From Candidatus Omnitrophota bacterium (GTDB lineage Bacteria > Omnitrophota > Gorgyraeia > Gygaellales > Profunditerraquicolaceae), in assembly GCA_016208765.1 (NCBI GenBank), contig JACQXK010000038.1:14955-78954 (forward strand): 64,000 nucleotides of DNA. Reading direction: 5' to 3'. The notes under the pieces are model-generated. The model ran no database searches. It was not told the origin of the DNA and saw only the letters and a list, made by a program, of their open reading frames with translations. The translations under genes were made by a program, and so were the position numbers. Positions 27,213-36,186 of the stretch are shown in pieces (position 1 is the stretch's first letter; each line of letters opens with the position of its first letter).

Positions 27213-27279
27213 TGTCATTCCCGCGGACACGGGCATCCAGGCATTTAAACGGTTGGATTCCCGCTTTCGCGGGAATGAC
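27213..27279. repeat. Palindromic intergenic repeat, GTCATTCCCGCG...CGCGGGAATGAC family, copy A
   Basis: gtcattcccgcggacacgggcatccaggcatttaaacggttggattcccgctttcgcgggaatgac. The outer 12-nt arms are inverted repeats, and the inner gggcatccagg/ctggattccc arms are also inverted. ORF-track ORFs here (WIPAFAGMT / VIPAKAGIQ) are translation artefacts of the repeat. Confidence 0.85.
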
Positions 27280-27327
27280 AAACCTCCCCTACGATTTTCG
27301 TAGAGAGGTGTCCAATACTTCTCTATT

Positions 27328-27417
27328 GTCATGCCCGCGGACTCCAGCGGCCTTGCCGCTAGGCAGGCGGGCATCCAGGCGTTCCAATAGCTGGATTCCC
27401 GCTTTCGCGGGAATGAC
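27328..27417. repeat. Palindromic intergenic repeat copy B (with extra inner hairpin insertion)
   Basis: gtcatgcccgcggactccagcggccttgccgctaggcaggcgggcatccaggcgttccaatagctggattcccgctttcgcgggaatgac. Confidence 0.85.
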
Positions 27418-27423
27418 GAGCAT

Positions 27424-27460
27424 GACGTCATCCTGAACGAGCCACGCGAGTGAAGGATCC
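27424..27460. repeat. S-element short repeat (GACGTCATCCTGAACGAGC...GAAGGATCC), copy 1
   Basis: Related copies at 35532-35567 and, in reverse orientation, 47798-47823. Confidence 0.7.
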
Positions 27461-27469
27461 AATAAGCTC

Positions 27470-27536
27470 AGATTGGACAATTATATTGGACTTTATTTCA
27501 CTTTGGACATTTTACAGGCATTTAATAATGTCCAAA
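27470..27536. promoter_or_regulatory. Cluster of TTGGACA(T) motif sites just downstream of the gene B stop, including the inverted pair TTTGGACAT(17 nt)ATGTCCAAA
   Basis: cagattggacaa (27470-27480), attggac (27485-27491), tttggacattt (27503-27513), aatgtccaaa (27527-27536). Confidence 0.6.
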
Positions 27537-27545
27537 CTGAAACCT

Positions 27546-30500
27546 TTAAAATTCTTCACGGGTTTCTCCTGAAGTTGAGAAAGTAACAGACTTATTTGTT
27601 TCAGTTGAGCTGCTTAAATCAGGATCATTGGATGGCTTTGCTTTAATATAATCCCACCTATAACCAACAGTGTCATCTCCCATTAAAGGCTTAACAAAAG
27701 CCTGCGGCATACCGTTAGCATTCCATGCCGGAGGCAGCATAATTGAAGCACGGCCTTCATAGGCAGCTCCAAGAGTAAGATCCTCAGGATTATCCTGCAC
27801 CAAAGTAATACCATTGCCCATATCCACCAGTTGGATCTTAAGTAATCCATCTCGTGCCTCTTCCAAGCTGATAATAGATTGTGCGGGATCCTGCCAGCGG
27901 CCCAATTCTTCACTAAGTTTCTTTATTTCTTCCTGCACTTCCTTTAATTTCTTTTCAGCTTCTTTTTTCTGCTGGCTATCATCACTCATCGCTTCCAAAC
28001 CTTTATTAATATTTTCTTCTTGTAGAACTAACTCTTCAACACTGCTTTTCTTATCCCTCAGATAATTTATGTCTTGAGTATAAATATTATATGCTGTGCG
28101 AATATTTGCCTCAATAGAATCTCTATTGTACGCTCCGTTACGGGGCAGGGTAAATGCCGGCGCCAACTGCAGATTATTTTCTGCCCGATAACCGGAAGTA
28201 ACGCCCCATTGCAATAACGGCGCATTTTCTTCGGTATTAAAACGGGTATACTTATAAACACCCGACTGCCAAACCACATTTGCCGGAGCGCTAAGCTGCC
28301 CTATCTGTTTCACATATTCAGTCCTCTCAAATAATTCTCCCGAGGTATGCTTATCTGCCTTGGCTCTTTCAGCATTGAACCTGTCAAACACAACGCGCTT
28401 TGTAAGCGGCAGATCTTTCTGCTCTTGGGCATCATCACCTTGGATAGCCTCAAACTGTTTAAAGTCAAATACAACACTCTGCGCAATTTGCCATATCTGG
28501 TCGGTTAAGCTGCTTGGAATTGCTGAATCAAATTGAGGTTTATTGCCACCGGCGTAAGCCGCATTCAATGCCTCTTCAAACATACGCTTCCCCTTGTCTC
28601 TTAAAAATGCTGCTTCTCTGCCTGTGTTTAAATACATATAAGGCTGCAGTGCCGGGCCTGAGCGGGTTTCAGAAAGGCGCCATGAGTAAGACGGATTTCC
28701 ATAAGGGCTGTGCCCTTGGCCGATAGAATAGAAGTTATAATTGTAGTCTGTATTTGCCCCGACGGAAACTGGAGCGTAGCCAGATGGCTGTATTTCAACT
28801 GTAGGAACAACTTCCGGCTTCTTAGGCTCCGGATCCCTCATCATTACCTCAAGGCTGCGCGGCAACCATATCACGCTGGCAGCAAGCATGTTAGCAACAT
28901 GGTGGCGAGGAGCTTTGTCTGGATCATAATCCTGGATAACCGCAGTTGTTGCAGCATCTCTTTTCATATTATTGCTCGGATAATCTGAATTGGATTGCAT
29001 ATTCCAATCTTCTAAGACAGTTGCCCAGCCAACAAATTTAACGGTAAATCTTTCTTTGTCTTTAGCAGACATTTCATTCCAAGCATCATGATTATTGGCA
29101 ATATACCACAAAAGCATTGTATTATGCGAAGTTGGCTTGTCGCTCTTAAACCCGCGTCCAACCCTTCCTTGTTTTTTATACCAACGCCTCACAATGCCAT
29201 CAAGTTCTTTCACCAAATCCGGATTATCAGCAAACAATTTCTCTGCATCCCGGTAAGAAACTTTCACCACTTCCACATCTTTGTTTTCAACTGCAGCTAT
29301 AAGCCTTTTTGTGGCCACAGCTTTAGCGGCCCTTTGCACCGGATCATCCCTGCTAAACAGCTGTTCCGTCGCTGTAGGCAGTTTTGGAAAACGAATAACT
29401 ACCCGAGCCTCAACAGGAACAGGGCTCTGCCCTTGAGGAGCAGCTGCTTGATCTTGCTTGCCAACTACGCTTTGCTCTTGCACATACTCCGGAGGAGTAA
29501 TCGCGGTGTAATCCGTTGTCCTGGTCAATGCAGAACCAAACGGGCCGTAATAATATTCGGTTGTCTTGGGCAATTGCACCAAATTCCAATTACCATTGGC
29601 AAAATCCTGGCCATCCTCACTAACAAAATCCTGCCCGAAATATTCTGTGCTTCTTGCCCTGCCCCATAAATCAACTCTGGTGCGCGATAAAAGGCTGGTA
29701 ACCGGCGAGAAAAATACCGGCCGCGCAGAAGAAAATTTGCGGATAATTTCTTTTTTATCTTCAAGTGACAAAGCCAATAATTTTTCTTTTTCGGCATTAA
29801 ATTCCTGCACTGCTTTTTCATCCTGAGCATCAGGCAATTGCATACGTTTTACAAATTTATCAAACTGCTCTTGCATAAACTGATCCTGAGTAACAAGGTC
29901 ACTCTTTTGAGCCTTAAGCATATCTTGTGTCAACGCCTGCATTACCGGCTGGGCGATAACAGAACGCCCATAGGTCAACTGATCCAGAGGCAATCCGCCG
30001 GCAACTGACAAAGAATAAGTGCTGTTTACTACTCCGTCGCCAATATTAGGTAAAGATAAATATTTACCCAAAATACCTCTTTCCTGCGGCTTAAGCATTG
30101 TTGAACTGCTGGCGCTAAAATGCCGCATAAATAATGCTTCATTAGTATTTAGGGATGCGTCCATACCTGCGGCCTCATCTCTGCGCTGGTAATGATAAAT
30201 ACCGCCGATTTGCCCATGGCCAAGGCTTGAATCATACACGGAATATTCCATTTGCCTTGCCTCTGCCATCTGCCTTGCCACAGGCAGAGCTTGCTGCATC
30301 CAATTATCTTCACCTTCTCCGCCTTTCTTGCTAAAGAAATAAACCGACTTATCTCTAAGCGCCCAACCTTGAGTAATTTCTGCAGTAGTAACAGGAGCAG
30401 AATCAGGTAACTTAGCGCTATACACAGGTGTTAACCCTTGTGCCGCAACCACCCACTGGAATATTTCCTGGCGCGGAATTGATAAATCTTGAAGTTGTCT

Positions 30501-33500
30501 ATTTATTTCTGGTAAAGGCGCTTTTATTGCATCCATTTCATCTCTCAATCCATTAATGCGTGTCTCCTGGATACTAACAAAATCCTTAACCTTACCTTCA
30601 AAAACACTGATTTCTTCTGCACCAAGCGCATCACGATTCATAGATTGTCCAGCAAGCTTATTAATATTTTCTACTTGCTCTTCTTCCCCAGCAAAAACAC
30701 CAAACTGAGCATTTGTGGCAACCACAAGCGAAATTGTATTAACATCCGGATTTAAACCTTGCTCTTTTGCCTTCTGCAAATCTTGATATGCTGCGTAAAT
30801 CGGATCTGCTTCCAGCTCTTTTTTCTTTTTCTCTTTTTTATTCACTTGCTCTGCAATTTCAGTTTTCTTTACTTCTAAGCCAACTATTTGCTCAGCTGTA
30901 TCAGGCTTATATCTCTTCGCAGTATCAATAAATCTTTCTGCCTGCTCTCTTAAGGCCTTTCTTCTTTGCGTTTCCTCTTTTACTAACTCGCTTGTAGGCT
31001 TAAAACTTGCGTAGGTGCGGGAAGAGCGAGGCAATATTGGATTTGTAAAAACAGCAGAAACAGATGAAGCCAGCCTTGAATTTGCCTGCTGGCTCAATGA
31101 TTCAAGCATTAATGCCCTATTAGCTTGTAACGGGCTGTAACCCTTTGCCCGCATTTTCATATATTCAATAAAACGATCCTGCTCATTAAATCTTGCCTGC
31201 AAACCATTCATTCCGTTAATCGGCGTCCTTAAATTAACCGGGAACAATGTGGCATTAACCGTTGACAGGAATAAATTATCCCCTATATTTTCCAAGGTAG
31301 CAGGAATAAACCTGCCCAACACATCACGCATGCTGAAATTAATTCTTCCTTTGCTGATTGGATCCTCGCCCAGAGAAGGCATTCTCCTGGTTTCTCCGGA
31401 GTAATCAAACCCAGCTATATTTAATCCATAAACAGTCCTGGTAATTTCGCGTGTGCGCACGCGGAAATCCTCCGGAGCAAGCTCTACTTCTTTTCTTTCT
31501 TTGGAAGATAAAACAATTATACCGGTTTCTTTCTTACCAACAACAACACCTTTCTCATTTACTACATCCATTATCTTACGGGTATCTTGTGCTACCGAAT
31601 ACACCGTAGTAGTATCTGCATCCAATTCAAATTCTCCGGTGGATTCACTTCTTGCTGTCCCGCCTTGCGCTCTTATCTGGCTGACTGAAGCATAATGCAC
31701 ATCGCCAGTGGCAGACTTTAAAGAAATAAGCGGATCAGCGGTATTTTCTGTCCAAAATTTAGTCCCGTTAATCTCATATCCGGGGAGAGTAATCATTTTT
31801 AATGGAGAACGCTGAGACGGGCCGGCAAAAATAAATTCACCTTCTCCTAAAATATTATACACATCAACTATCTCAGTTTTCTGAACCGATTTGTTAAATT
31901 CTTCTCCGCTCATCTCTAAAATATTGCCATCGGTAGAGATAAAAGTGTGTTCCGGAGAAGCATTGCCTTCTTGGTCAGTAGCTCTAATATAAGTCCGTCC
32001 ATCTCCGGCAAACCGATAGTATTCTACGCTCCGTCTTGGACCCGACTGGGCAATCGCAGCCCACTGCTCTGAAGAAACTTCTTTATTTTGTCCATCACCT
32101 AATGAATGCAAAATAACACCAGCTGGCTTAGCCTGCTGGCTAAATTTCTCCGGCGTCATAAAAGTCCTCTGGCCACCTGGAGTTGATGCTCCCAAAAGCA
32201 CTCCAGTAACTGTACTCACGCCCTTTAATGCCTGTCCACTGCCATATTGGACAACATTTGCGGATAAATCTTCCAACGACACTGAGATCTTCTTTTTAGT
32301 CGTTCCTTCGCTTTCCAATTCAACACTATTGCTATCCTGGCTATAGCCAACAATATGATAATATTGTATCTCACCTGAACCAGAACTAAGGCCTACTCGC
32401 ATAGGAGCATTATTTGATGCTGAAGTTTCTGATGATTTCTGCTGCAAACTTACCGCCAACTCTCTGCCGAAGTCATTTTGAAATTCATCCATTGTCTTAA
32501 GTTTTTCACTGCCGGCAACTATGATCGGCTGTTGATCACTTTTTTTCTCGTCTTTGTTTTCTTCCGGTTTATTCGCCACAAAATCAACAACCATTATATT
32601 TCCAGTAGCTATTACTTGGCTGATATTACCATCTCTGACATAAACCTGAATATCTGTTTTCTTTGCTCCTTGCTTTTCTTTTACCTCATCCAATGTTTCA
32701 GAAGAAAAATCTATATACTGGCCATCGGGGGCATGAGCCCTTGTTATATCTTTTGCCGGTGCGCGCAAGACCAAAGCATCAACCACTGAACCAGCCACTA
32801 CACCACTGGCAAGATGTAATAATTCCTGCAATGCCTGCGGTTGGCGAATTTCATTCACCCGGCAATACTGCCCCCAGGCAATTTGCAAGCCGGCATCCAC
32901 AGCATTATCAATTAGCGACTTTGCTATATATTTAGAAAGAGATAAACTTCCTCTTGTTCGCCAATAATTATCCTGGACTTTATTACCTGTTTTATCATCT
33001 GTCCAAGTCGTTCCGGAATACCATGTGTTTAAAACATCTATATTAGAAAACACACCGCTAGAAAAACCGGCAATTGCTCCAGCACCTACGCGCTTAACCA
33101 AATTATCAAAAATCTTATCATCATCGTCGCCGTAATGAGTCTTATACCCCATTGCTGATAAGACTGCAAGCTTAACCCCCAAATTAACAAAGGGTGCCAG
33201 CCCCATATTCTGCACCGCCTTAAAAGACTGATTCAATATGCCAAAATCACTCATTGTGTTTCCTTGCACATCAGTCATCAATCCACCGGTTGCATTTAAC
33301 AAAGCAGCTGTGTTAACATGCGCTTGTGTTAATAAATTCAACGTACTCAGTTGTGCCTGAGCAAGCTCTCTTCCTGAAACCTGGAGCAAAACATTTTCCT
33401 TTTCACCTGTTGGAATAATAAGAATTACTTTTTCGGCAGATTGTAAAATACCAGCGAGCGCTTTATTTTGCGCAACATCAGAAAGGGCGATACTCCCAGC

Positions 33501-35045
33501 ATTATCTATGGACGCTGTTGCCCCATTTAACTGCGCAGCTGTAAAAGAATATTCTTTACCGCTAATATCTCTGATAGACACCGCAGCCTGCTGCGCCTGA
33601 TTAACCGCATTTAACATAATAGCATCTGCCTGATCCAACGCTCCACCTACTGCACTTAAGCTATACCCTCCCACATACTGCATTAACGACCTATAAACAG
33701 AACCCTTGTTCATATCAATATCAAGCGTATATGTGTCTTCACCAATTTTTAAAACTAGCGCCTTCTGCAACTCTCCAATTTCTCCCGTATTAATTCCTTC
33801 CTGCAATGATGTACCTTTAGTAGTTTTGCCTTGAGATAATTCCTGGATACTAATTTCTACAGTTTCAACCTTACCGTCTTTTGTTTGCCGCGTAACTTTA
33901 ACTTTGTCATTTGACGTAGCCTGATCAGAAACTGCATCTAATGCAGAAAATGCCAAGTTTGAAACAAATTGGTTTACAAAAATCCCGGAAACGCTGGCTC
34001 CAAACTGCGACACTAAATCAGCCAGCAACTCATCCCACCCGGCTTCTTCAAGCTTATCCTTTATTCCCTGCTGTGTCCAAAGCTTAAATGTGCCGACAAT
34101 CATATCGCTTGCCAAATGCACCAATGGCTTCTTTACAGATAATTCAATCCCATATTGAAAATAAGGGCTGCGCATACCGTAGCTTGGTGAGAACTTTTGC
34201 AGCAAAGCTTCAATCTTACCCATAACAACATCAAAGGTAGATAAATTACCTAACACACCCTTAATAATATTTTCTTTAATGAGCGCTAAACTTTCTTCAG
34301 TAACCTGCGCTGTTATCTCTTTTGGAAGAATTTTTACTGCCTCACTTGCTGCCTTTTCCAATGCCTCTGCTGTAGGCTTTCCGCCTGCCTTGGCTACACT
34401 GGCTACTGCCGTTACCACAGCATTTTTTATTGCAGCCTCACAAACAGAGCTTATTACTTCCTCAACTATCTGATCCACGCCTTCTTTGCCAAGCGTTTTC
34501 AATACTTCTTGAGGCAACTGTTCAATTGCTTCCCTTGCAGCGCTCTCCATCATTGCCAGCGAGGCTCCTTTTGGCAATTCTTCTATTGCCTTTTTAGCAG
34601 CGCTTTTAGCTGTTTCCTTTGCCATTTCTTTTGCTGACTGCGCCACGCCGGCACCATAAGCCACGCCTACAGAAACTACCATACCGGCAACCATAGAATA
34701 AAACTGCCCCTTAGTAACCGTAACCCCAGCCACCTCAAACATCGGCTTTGCATACTGATTATAATTGTAATAGTAAAGCGCGTAACCAGTTACATCAGAA
34801 GCAGCAGAGCCCGCCGCTGCTGCAGCAGCTCCCCATGGGCCCAGAGCGTAAGCTCCCAAAAGTATTCCCGCATCAGTTACTGCACCTGCCAAAGCGCCTC
34901 CGGCAAAAGACTCCAGAGAAGTAGTGTTGCCATAATTGCCTTCTCTTGCCCAAGCCGGAGAAAGGCTGCTAAATAGAAAAACACCCGCCAGAATTAAGTA
35001 TGGGATTTTAAATCTTTTTAGGTTAGAGAAAAAGTTACTTTTCAT
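27546..35045 (-). CDS. Giant secreted protein B (about 2,499 aa), function unknown
   Basis: ORF track 27546..35060. I prefer the ATG at 35045 (MKSNFFSNLKRFKIPYLILAGVFLFSSLSPAWA, signal peptide with AWA cleavage site). The N-terminus has Gly/Ala-rich hydrophobic stretches. Long coiled-coil and charged segments; contains LASSVSAV and SPVTS-like motifs. Confidence 0.85.
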   Translation of the reverse strand: MKSNFFSNLKRFKIPYLILAGVFLFSSLSPAWAREGNYGNTTSLESFAGGALAGAVTDAGILLGAYALGPWGAAAAAAGSAASDVTGYALYYYNYNQYAKPMFEVAGVTVTKGQFYSMVAGMVVSVGVAYGAGVAQSAKEMAKETAKSAAKKAIEELPKGASLAMMESAAREAIEQLPQEVLKTLGKEGVDQIVEEVISSVCEAAIKNAVVTAVASVAKAGGKPTAEALEKAASEAVKILPKEITAQVTEESLALIKENIIKGVLGNLSTFDVVMGKIEALLQKFSPSYGMRSPYFQYGIELSVKKPLVHLASDMIVGTFKLWTQQGIKDKLEEAGWDELLADLVSQFGASVSGIFVNQFVSNLAFSALDAVSDQATSNDKVKVTRQTKDGKVETVEISIQELSQGKTTKGTSLQEGINTGEIGELQKALVLKIGEDTYTLDIDMNKGSVYRSLMQYVGGYSLSAVGGALDQADAIMLNAVNQAQQAAVSIRDISGKEYSFTAAQLNGATASIDNAGSIALSDVAQNKALAGILQSAEKVILIIPTGEKENVLLQVSGRELAQAQLSTLNLLTQAHVNTAALLNATGGLMTDVQGNTMSDFGILNQSFKAVQNMGLAPFVNLGVKLAVLSAMGYKTHYGDDDDKIFDNLVKRVGAGAIAGFSSGVFSNIDVLNTWYSGTTWTDDKTGNKVQDNYWRTRGSLSLSKYIAKSLIDNAVDAGLQIAWGQYCRVNEIRQPQALQELLHLASGVVAGSVVDALVLRAPAKDITRAHAPDGQYIDFSSETLDEVKEKQGAKKTDIQVYVRDGNISQVIATGNIMVVDFVANKPEENKDEKKSDQQPIIVAGSEKLKTMDEFQNDFGRELAVSLQQKSSETSASNNAPMRVGLSSGSGEIQYYHIVGYSQDSNSVELESEGTTKKKISVSLEDLSANVVQYGSGQALKGVSTVTGVLLGASTPGGQRTFMTPEKFSQQAKPAGVILHSLGDGQNKEVSSEQWAAIAQSGPRRSVEYYRFAGDGRTYIRATDQEGNASPEHTFISTDGNILEMSGEEFNKSVQKTEIVDVYNILGEGEFIFAGPSQRSPLKMITLPGYEINGTKFWTENTADPLISLKSATGDVHYASVSQIRAQGGTARSESTGEFELDADTTTVYSVAQDTRKIMDVVNEKGVVVGKKETGIIVLSSKERKEVELAPEDFRVRTREITRTVYGLNIAGFDYSGETRRMPSLGEDPISKGRINFSMRDVLGRFIPATLENIGDNLFLSTVNATLFPVNLRTPINGMNGLQARFNEQDRFIEYMKMRAKGYSPLQANRALMLESLSQQANSRLASSVSAVFTNPILPRSSRTYASFKPTSELVKEETQRRKALREQAERFIDTAKRYKPDTAEQIVGLEVKKTEIAEQVNKKEKKKKELEADPIYAAYQDLQKAKEQGLNPDVNTISLVVATNAQFGVFAGEEEQVENINKLAGQSMNRDALGAEEISVFEGKVKDFVSIQETRINGLRDEMDAIKAPLPEINRQLQDLSIPRQEIFQWVVAAQGLTPVYSAKLPDSAPVTTAEITQGWALRDKSVYFFSKKGGEGEDNWMQQALPVARQMAEARQMEYSVYDSSLGHGQIGGIYHYQRRDEAAGMDASLNTNEALFMRHFSASSSTMLKPQERGILGKYLSLPNIGDGVVNSTYSLSVAGGLPLDQLTYGRSVIAQPVMQALTQDMLKAQKSDLVTQDQFMQEQFDKFVKRMQLPDAQDEKAVQEFNAEKEKLLALSLEDKKEIIRKFSSARPVFFSPVTSLLSRTRVDLWGRARSTEYFGQDFVSEDGQDFANGNWNLVQLPKTTEYYYGPFGSALTRTTDYTAITPPEYVQEQSVVGKQDQAAAPQGQSPVPVEARVVIRFPKLPTATEQLFSRDDPVQRAAKAVATKRLIAAVENKDVEVVKVSYRDAEKLFADNPDLVKELDGIVRRWYKKQGRVGRGFKSDKPTSHNTMLLWYIANNHDAWNEMSAKDKERFTVKFVGWATVLEDWNMQSNSDYPSNNMKRDAATTAVIQDYDPDKAPRHHVANMLAASVIWLPRSLEVMMRDPEPKKPEVVPTVEIQPSGYAPVSVGANTDYNYNFYSIGQGHSPYGNPSYSWRLSETRSGPALQPYMYLNTGREAAFLRDKGKRMFEEALNAAYAGGNKPQFDSAIPSSLTDQIWQIAQSVVFDFKQFEAIQGDDAQEQKDLPLTKRVVFDRFNAERAKADKHTSGELFERTEYVKQIGQLSAPANVVWQSGVYKYTRFNTEENAPLLQWGVTSGYRAENNLQLAPAFTLPRNGAYNRDSIEANIRTAYNIYTQDINYLRDKKSSVEELVLQEENINKGLEAMSDDSQQKKEAEKKLKEVQEEIKKLSEELGRWQDPAQSIISLEEARDGLLKIQLVDMGNGITLVQDNPEDLTLGAAYEGRASIMLPPAWNANGMPQAFVKPLMGDDTVGYRWDYIKAKPSNDPDLSSSTETNKSVTFSTSGETREEF

Positions 35046-35087
35046 ATTTTTAAGTGGCAAATACTTTTTGAAACTGTTTAGGATTTA

Positions 35088-35296
35088 AGCAAAAATAAAA
35101 CCGAGCTGCCTTTATTCAAACTCGGCAACCCGGCTACCCAAAAAATGATTCCAAATAAACTCGGTAAACTACATTTCTCCGAGGGGCCCGTGGCTTTGTG
35201 CCCCCTGATTACTCATCCCGCTCAATAATCTTTTTAACGGGATCCCGCTTTGCGGGAGGGTTTACTCTTATCGAACTGACCTTTATTATTTACTAC
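35088..35296 (-). promoter_or_regulatory. Conserved 5' leader L2 of giant gene B (paralog of L1) ending in hairpin CCGAG...CTCGG + UUUUAUUUUU, 45 nt before the ATG
   Basis: About 85-90% identical to L1 over the core cccgtggctttgtgccccctgattactcatcccgctcaataatctttttaacgggatcccgctttgcgggagggttt. Confidence 0.5.
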
Positions 35297-35302
35297 AATG
35301 CA

Positions 35303-35332
35303 AGTATAGCATTCATATATATATATTTCAAG
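35303..35332 (-). promoter_or_regulatory. Sigma70-like promoter of giant gene B (TTGAAA, 17 nt spacer, TATACT)
   Basis: Sense strand reads TTGAAAtatatatatatgaatgcTATACT. Confidence 0.5.
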
Positions 35333-35419
35333 GGTGTTTTTAACTCTTTTTGAAAACGCTTTCTTATGCATTAAGATTCTTCAGCCCCTTCGCGGTGAGG
35401 CATTCAACACTTTTCTATT

Positions 35420-35509
35420 GTCATGCCCGCGGACGCCAGCGACCTTGCCGCTAGGCAGACGGGCATCCAGGCGTTCCAACGGCTGGATTCCCGCTTTCGC
35501 GGGAATGAC
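35420..35509. repeat. Palindromic intergenic repeat copy C
   Basis: gtcatgcccgcggacgccagcgaccttgccgctaggcagacgggcatccaggcgttccaacggctggattcccgctttcgcgggaatgac. Nearly identical to copy B. Confidence 0.85.
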
Positions 35510-35531
35510 ACGAGCGCCAAGGAAGACCAAC

Positions 35532-35567
35532 CAAATGAATACGTCATCCTAAAGGAGCGCAAGCGAC
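35532..35567. repeat. S-element copy 2
   Basis: acgtcatcctaaaggagcgcaagcgactgaaggatc. Confidence 0.6.
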
Positions 35568-35586
35568 TGAAGGATCTAAGATACCC

Positions 35587-35622
35587 AGATTGGACATTAT
35601 CACAGCTATTAATGTCCAATCT
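35587..35622. promoter_or_regulatory. Near-perfect palindrome AGATTGGACATTA(9 nt)TAATGTCCAATCT, 6 nt after the lipoprotein gene stop; operator-like and/or terminator hairpin
   Basis: 13/14-bp arms. There is no U-tract afterwards on the sense strand. Confidence 0.55.
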
Positions 35623-35628
35623 GACAGA

Positions 35629-36135
35629 TTATTTAGCTCTAAAACTGGTGATTATTTTATTAAAGATAGGCTCATATTTCTTATCCTTACCTACCTCATA
35701 AGCATAGGTTAAGACATAAAAATACTTTCCCTTGCGGAAAACAACGCTGGTCATTCTTAAAGTAAATTCTTTTATCTTGGTGACAAATGAAAATTTCTTA
35801 CCTGGCAAAAAACCTGCGAATGCGCTTCCTTCCTGTTGATCATACGCTCCCGGCAAATTGCGTAAAAGTTCTTCACGATTTAACTCGTAAAATGTCCCCA
35901 AAGAAACCTGTTCCGGCAATTCTGTTACTACCACGTTAATATTTTCCGGATACACATCCCCTTTACCTTCAAGCGGCGCCTTGGCAATCAAAGCCACCTT
36001 ATCCATTCCTTCTTTACTCCAGGAATTTGGCAGTAGTAAAGAAAATTTATATTCTTCATTACTATATTTCTGCCAGAATAAATTACACCCTGCCAGAAAA
36101 AATGTGATCAAAAATATAATAAATAACTTACGCAT
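35629..36135 (-). CDS. Lipoprotein, unknown function (about 168 aa; lipobox FFLAGC)
   Basis: Track ORF 35629..36174. The internal ATG at 36135 gives MRKLFIIFLITFFLAGC. The N-terminal extension in the track overlaps a degenerate repeat copy. Confidence 0.7.
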   Translation of the reverse strand: MRKLFIIFLITFFLAGCNLFWQKYSNEEYKFSLLLPNSWSKEGMDKVALIAKAPLEGKGDVYPENINVVVTELPEQVSLGTFYELNREELLRNLPGAYDQQEGSAFAGFLPGKKFSFVTKIKEFTLRMTSVVFRKGKYFYVLTYAYEVGKDKKYEPIFNKIITSFRAK

Positions 36136-36143
36136 AGTATTGC

Positions 36144-36180
36144 GTCGTCCCCGCGCAAGCGGGGATCCAGGCATAATGAC
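36144..36180. repeat. Degenerate half-copy of the palindromic repeat family (reverse orientation)
   Basis: gtcgtccccgcgcaagcggggatccaggcataatgac versus the reverse complement of gtcattcccgcgaaagcgggaatccagc. Confidence 0.5.
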
Positions 36181-36186
36181 ATTTGT

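Noticed and set aside
27200-27420. CRISPR array
   Set aside because: The repeats are nested inverted repeats of different lengths without regularly spaced unique spacers and without cas genes. This is REP/MITE-like, not CRISPR.
27180-27480. ORF-track small ORFs 27180..27431(-), 27209..27436(+), 27289..27480(-), and likewise 35334..35701 and the 5' part of 42094..42741(+)
   Set aside because: They are translations of the palindromic GTCATTCCCGCG repeats (giving WIPAFAGMT / VIPAKAGIQ peptides on opposite strands). They have no RBS and overlap each other on both strands. Treated as repeat artefacts, not genes.
27503-27536. Canonical rho-independent terminators after gene B and the lipoprotein gene
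   Set aside because: The TTGGACA palindromes directly follow the stop codons and could terminate transcription, but neither is followed by a U-tract. I list them as regulatory palindromes with dual interpretation, not as confident terminators.
31000-31100. DDDDK (enterokinase-like site) in protein B
   Set aside because: A single occurrence in a charged region; coincidence.
35629-36174. Extended N-termini given by the ORF track (35629..36174, 38003..38242, 44728..44958, 45112..45444, 27546..35060, 43861..44310)
   Set aside because: The track begins at the first ATG/GTG/TTG after a stop. Internal ATGs with SD sequences and sensible signal or pilin N-termini are better supported, so I shortened these.
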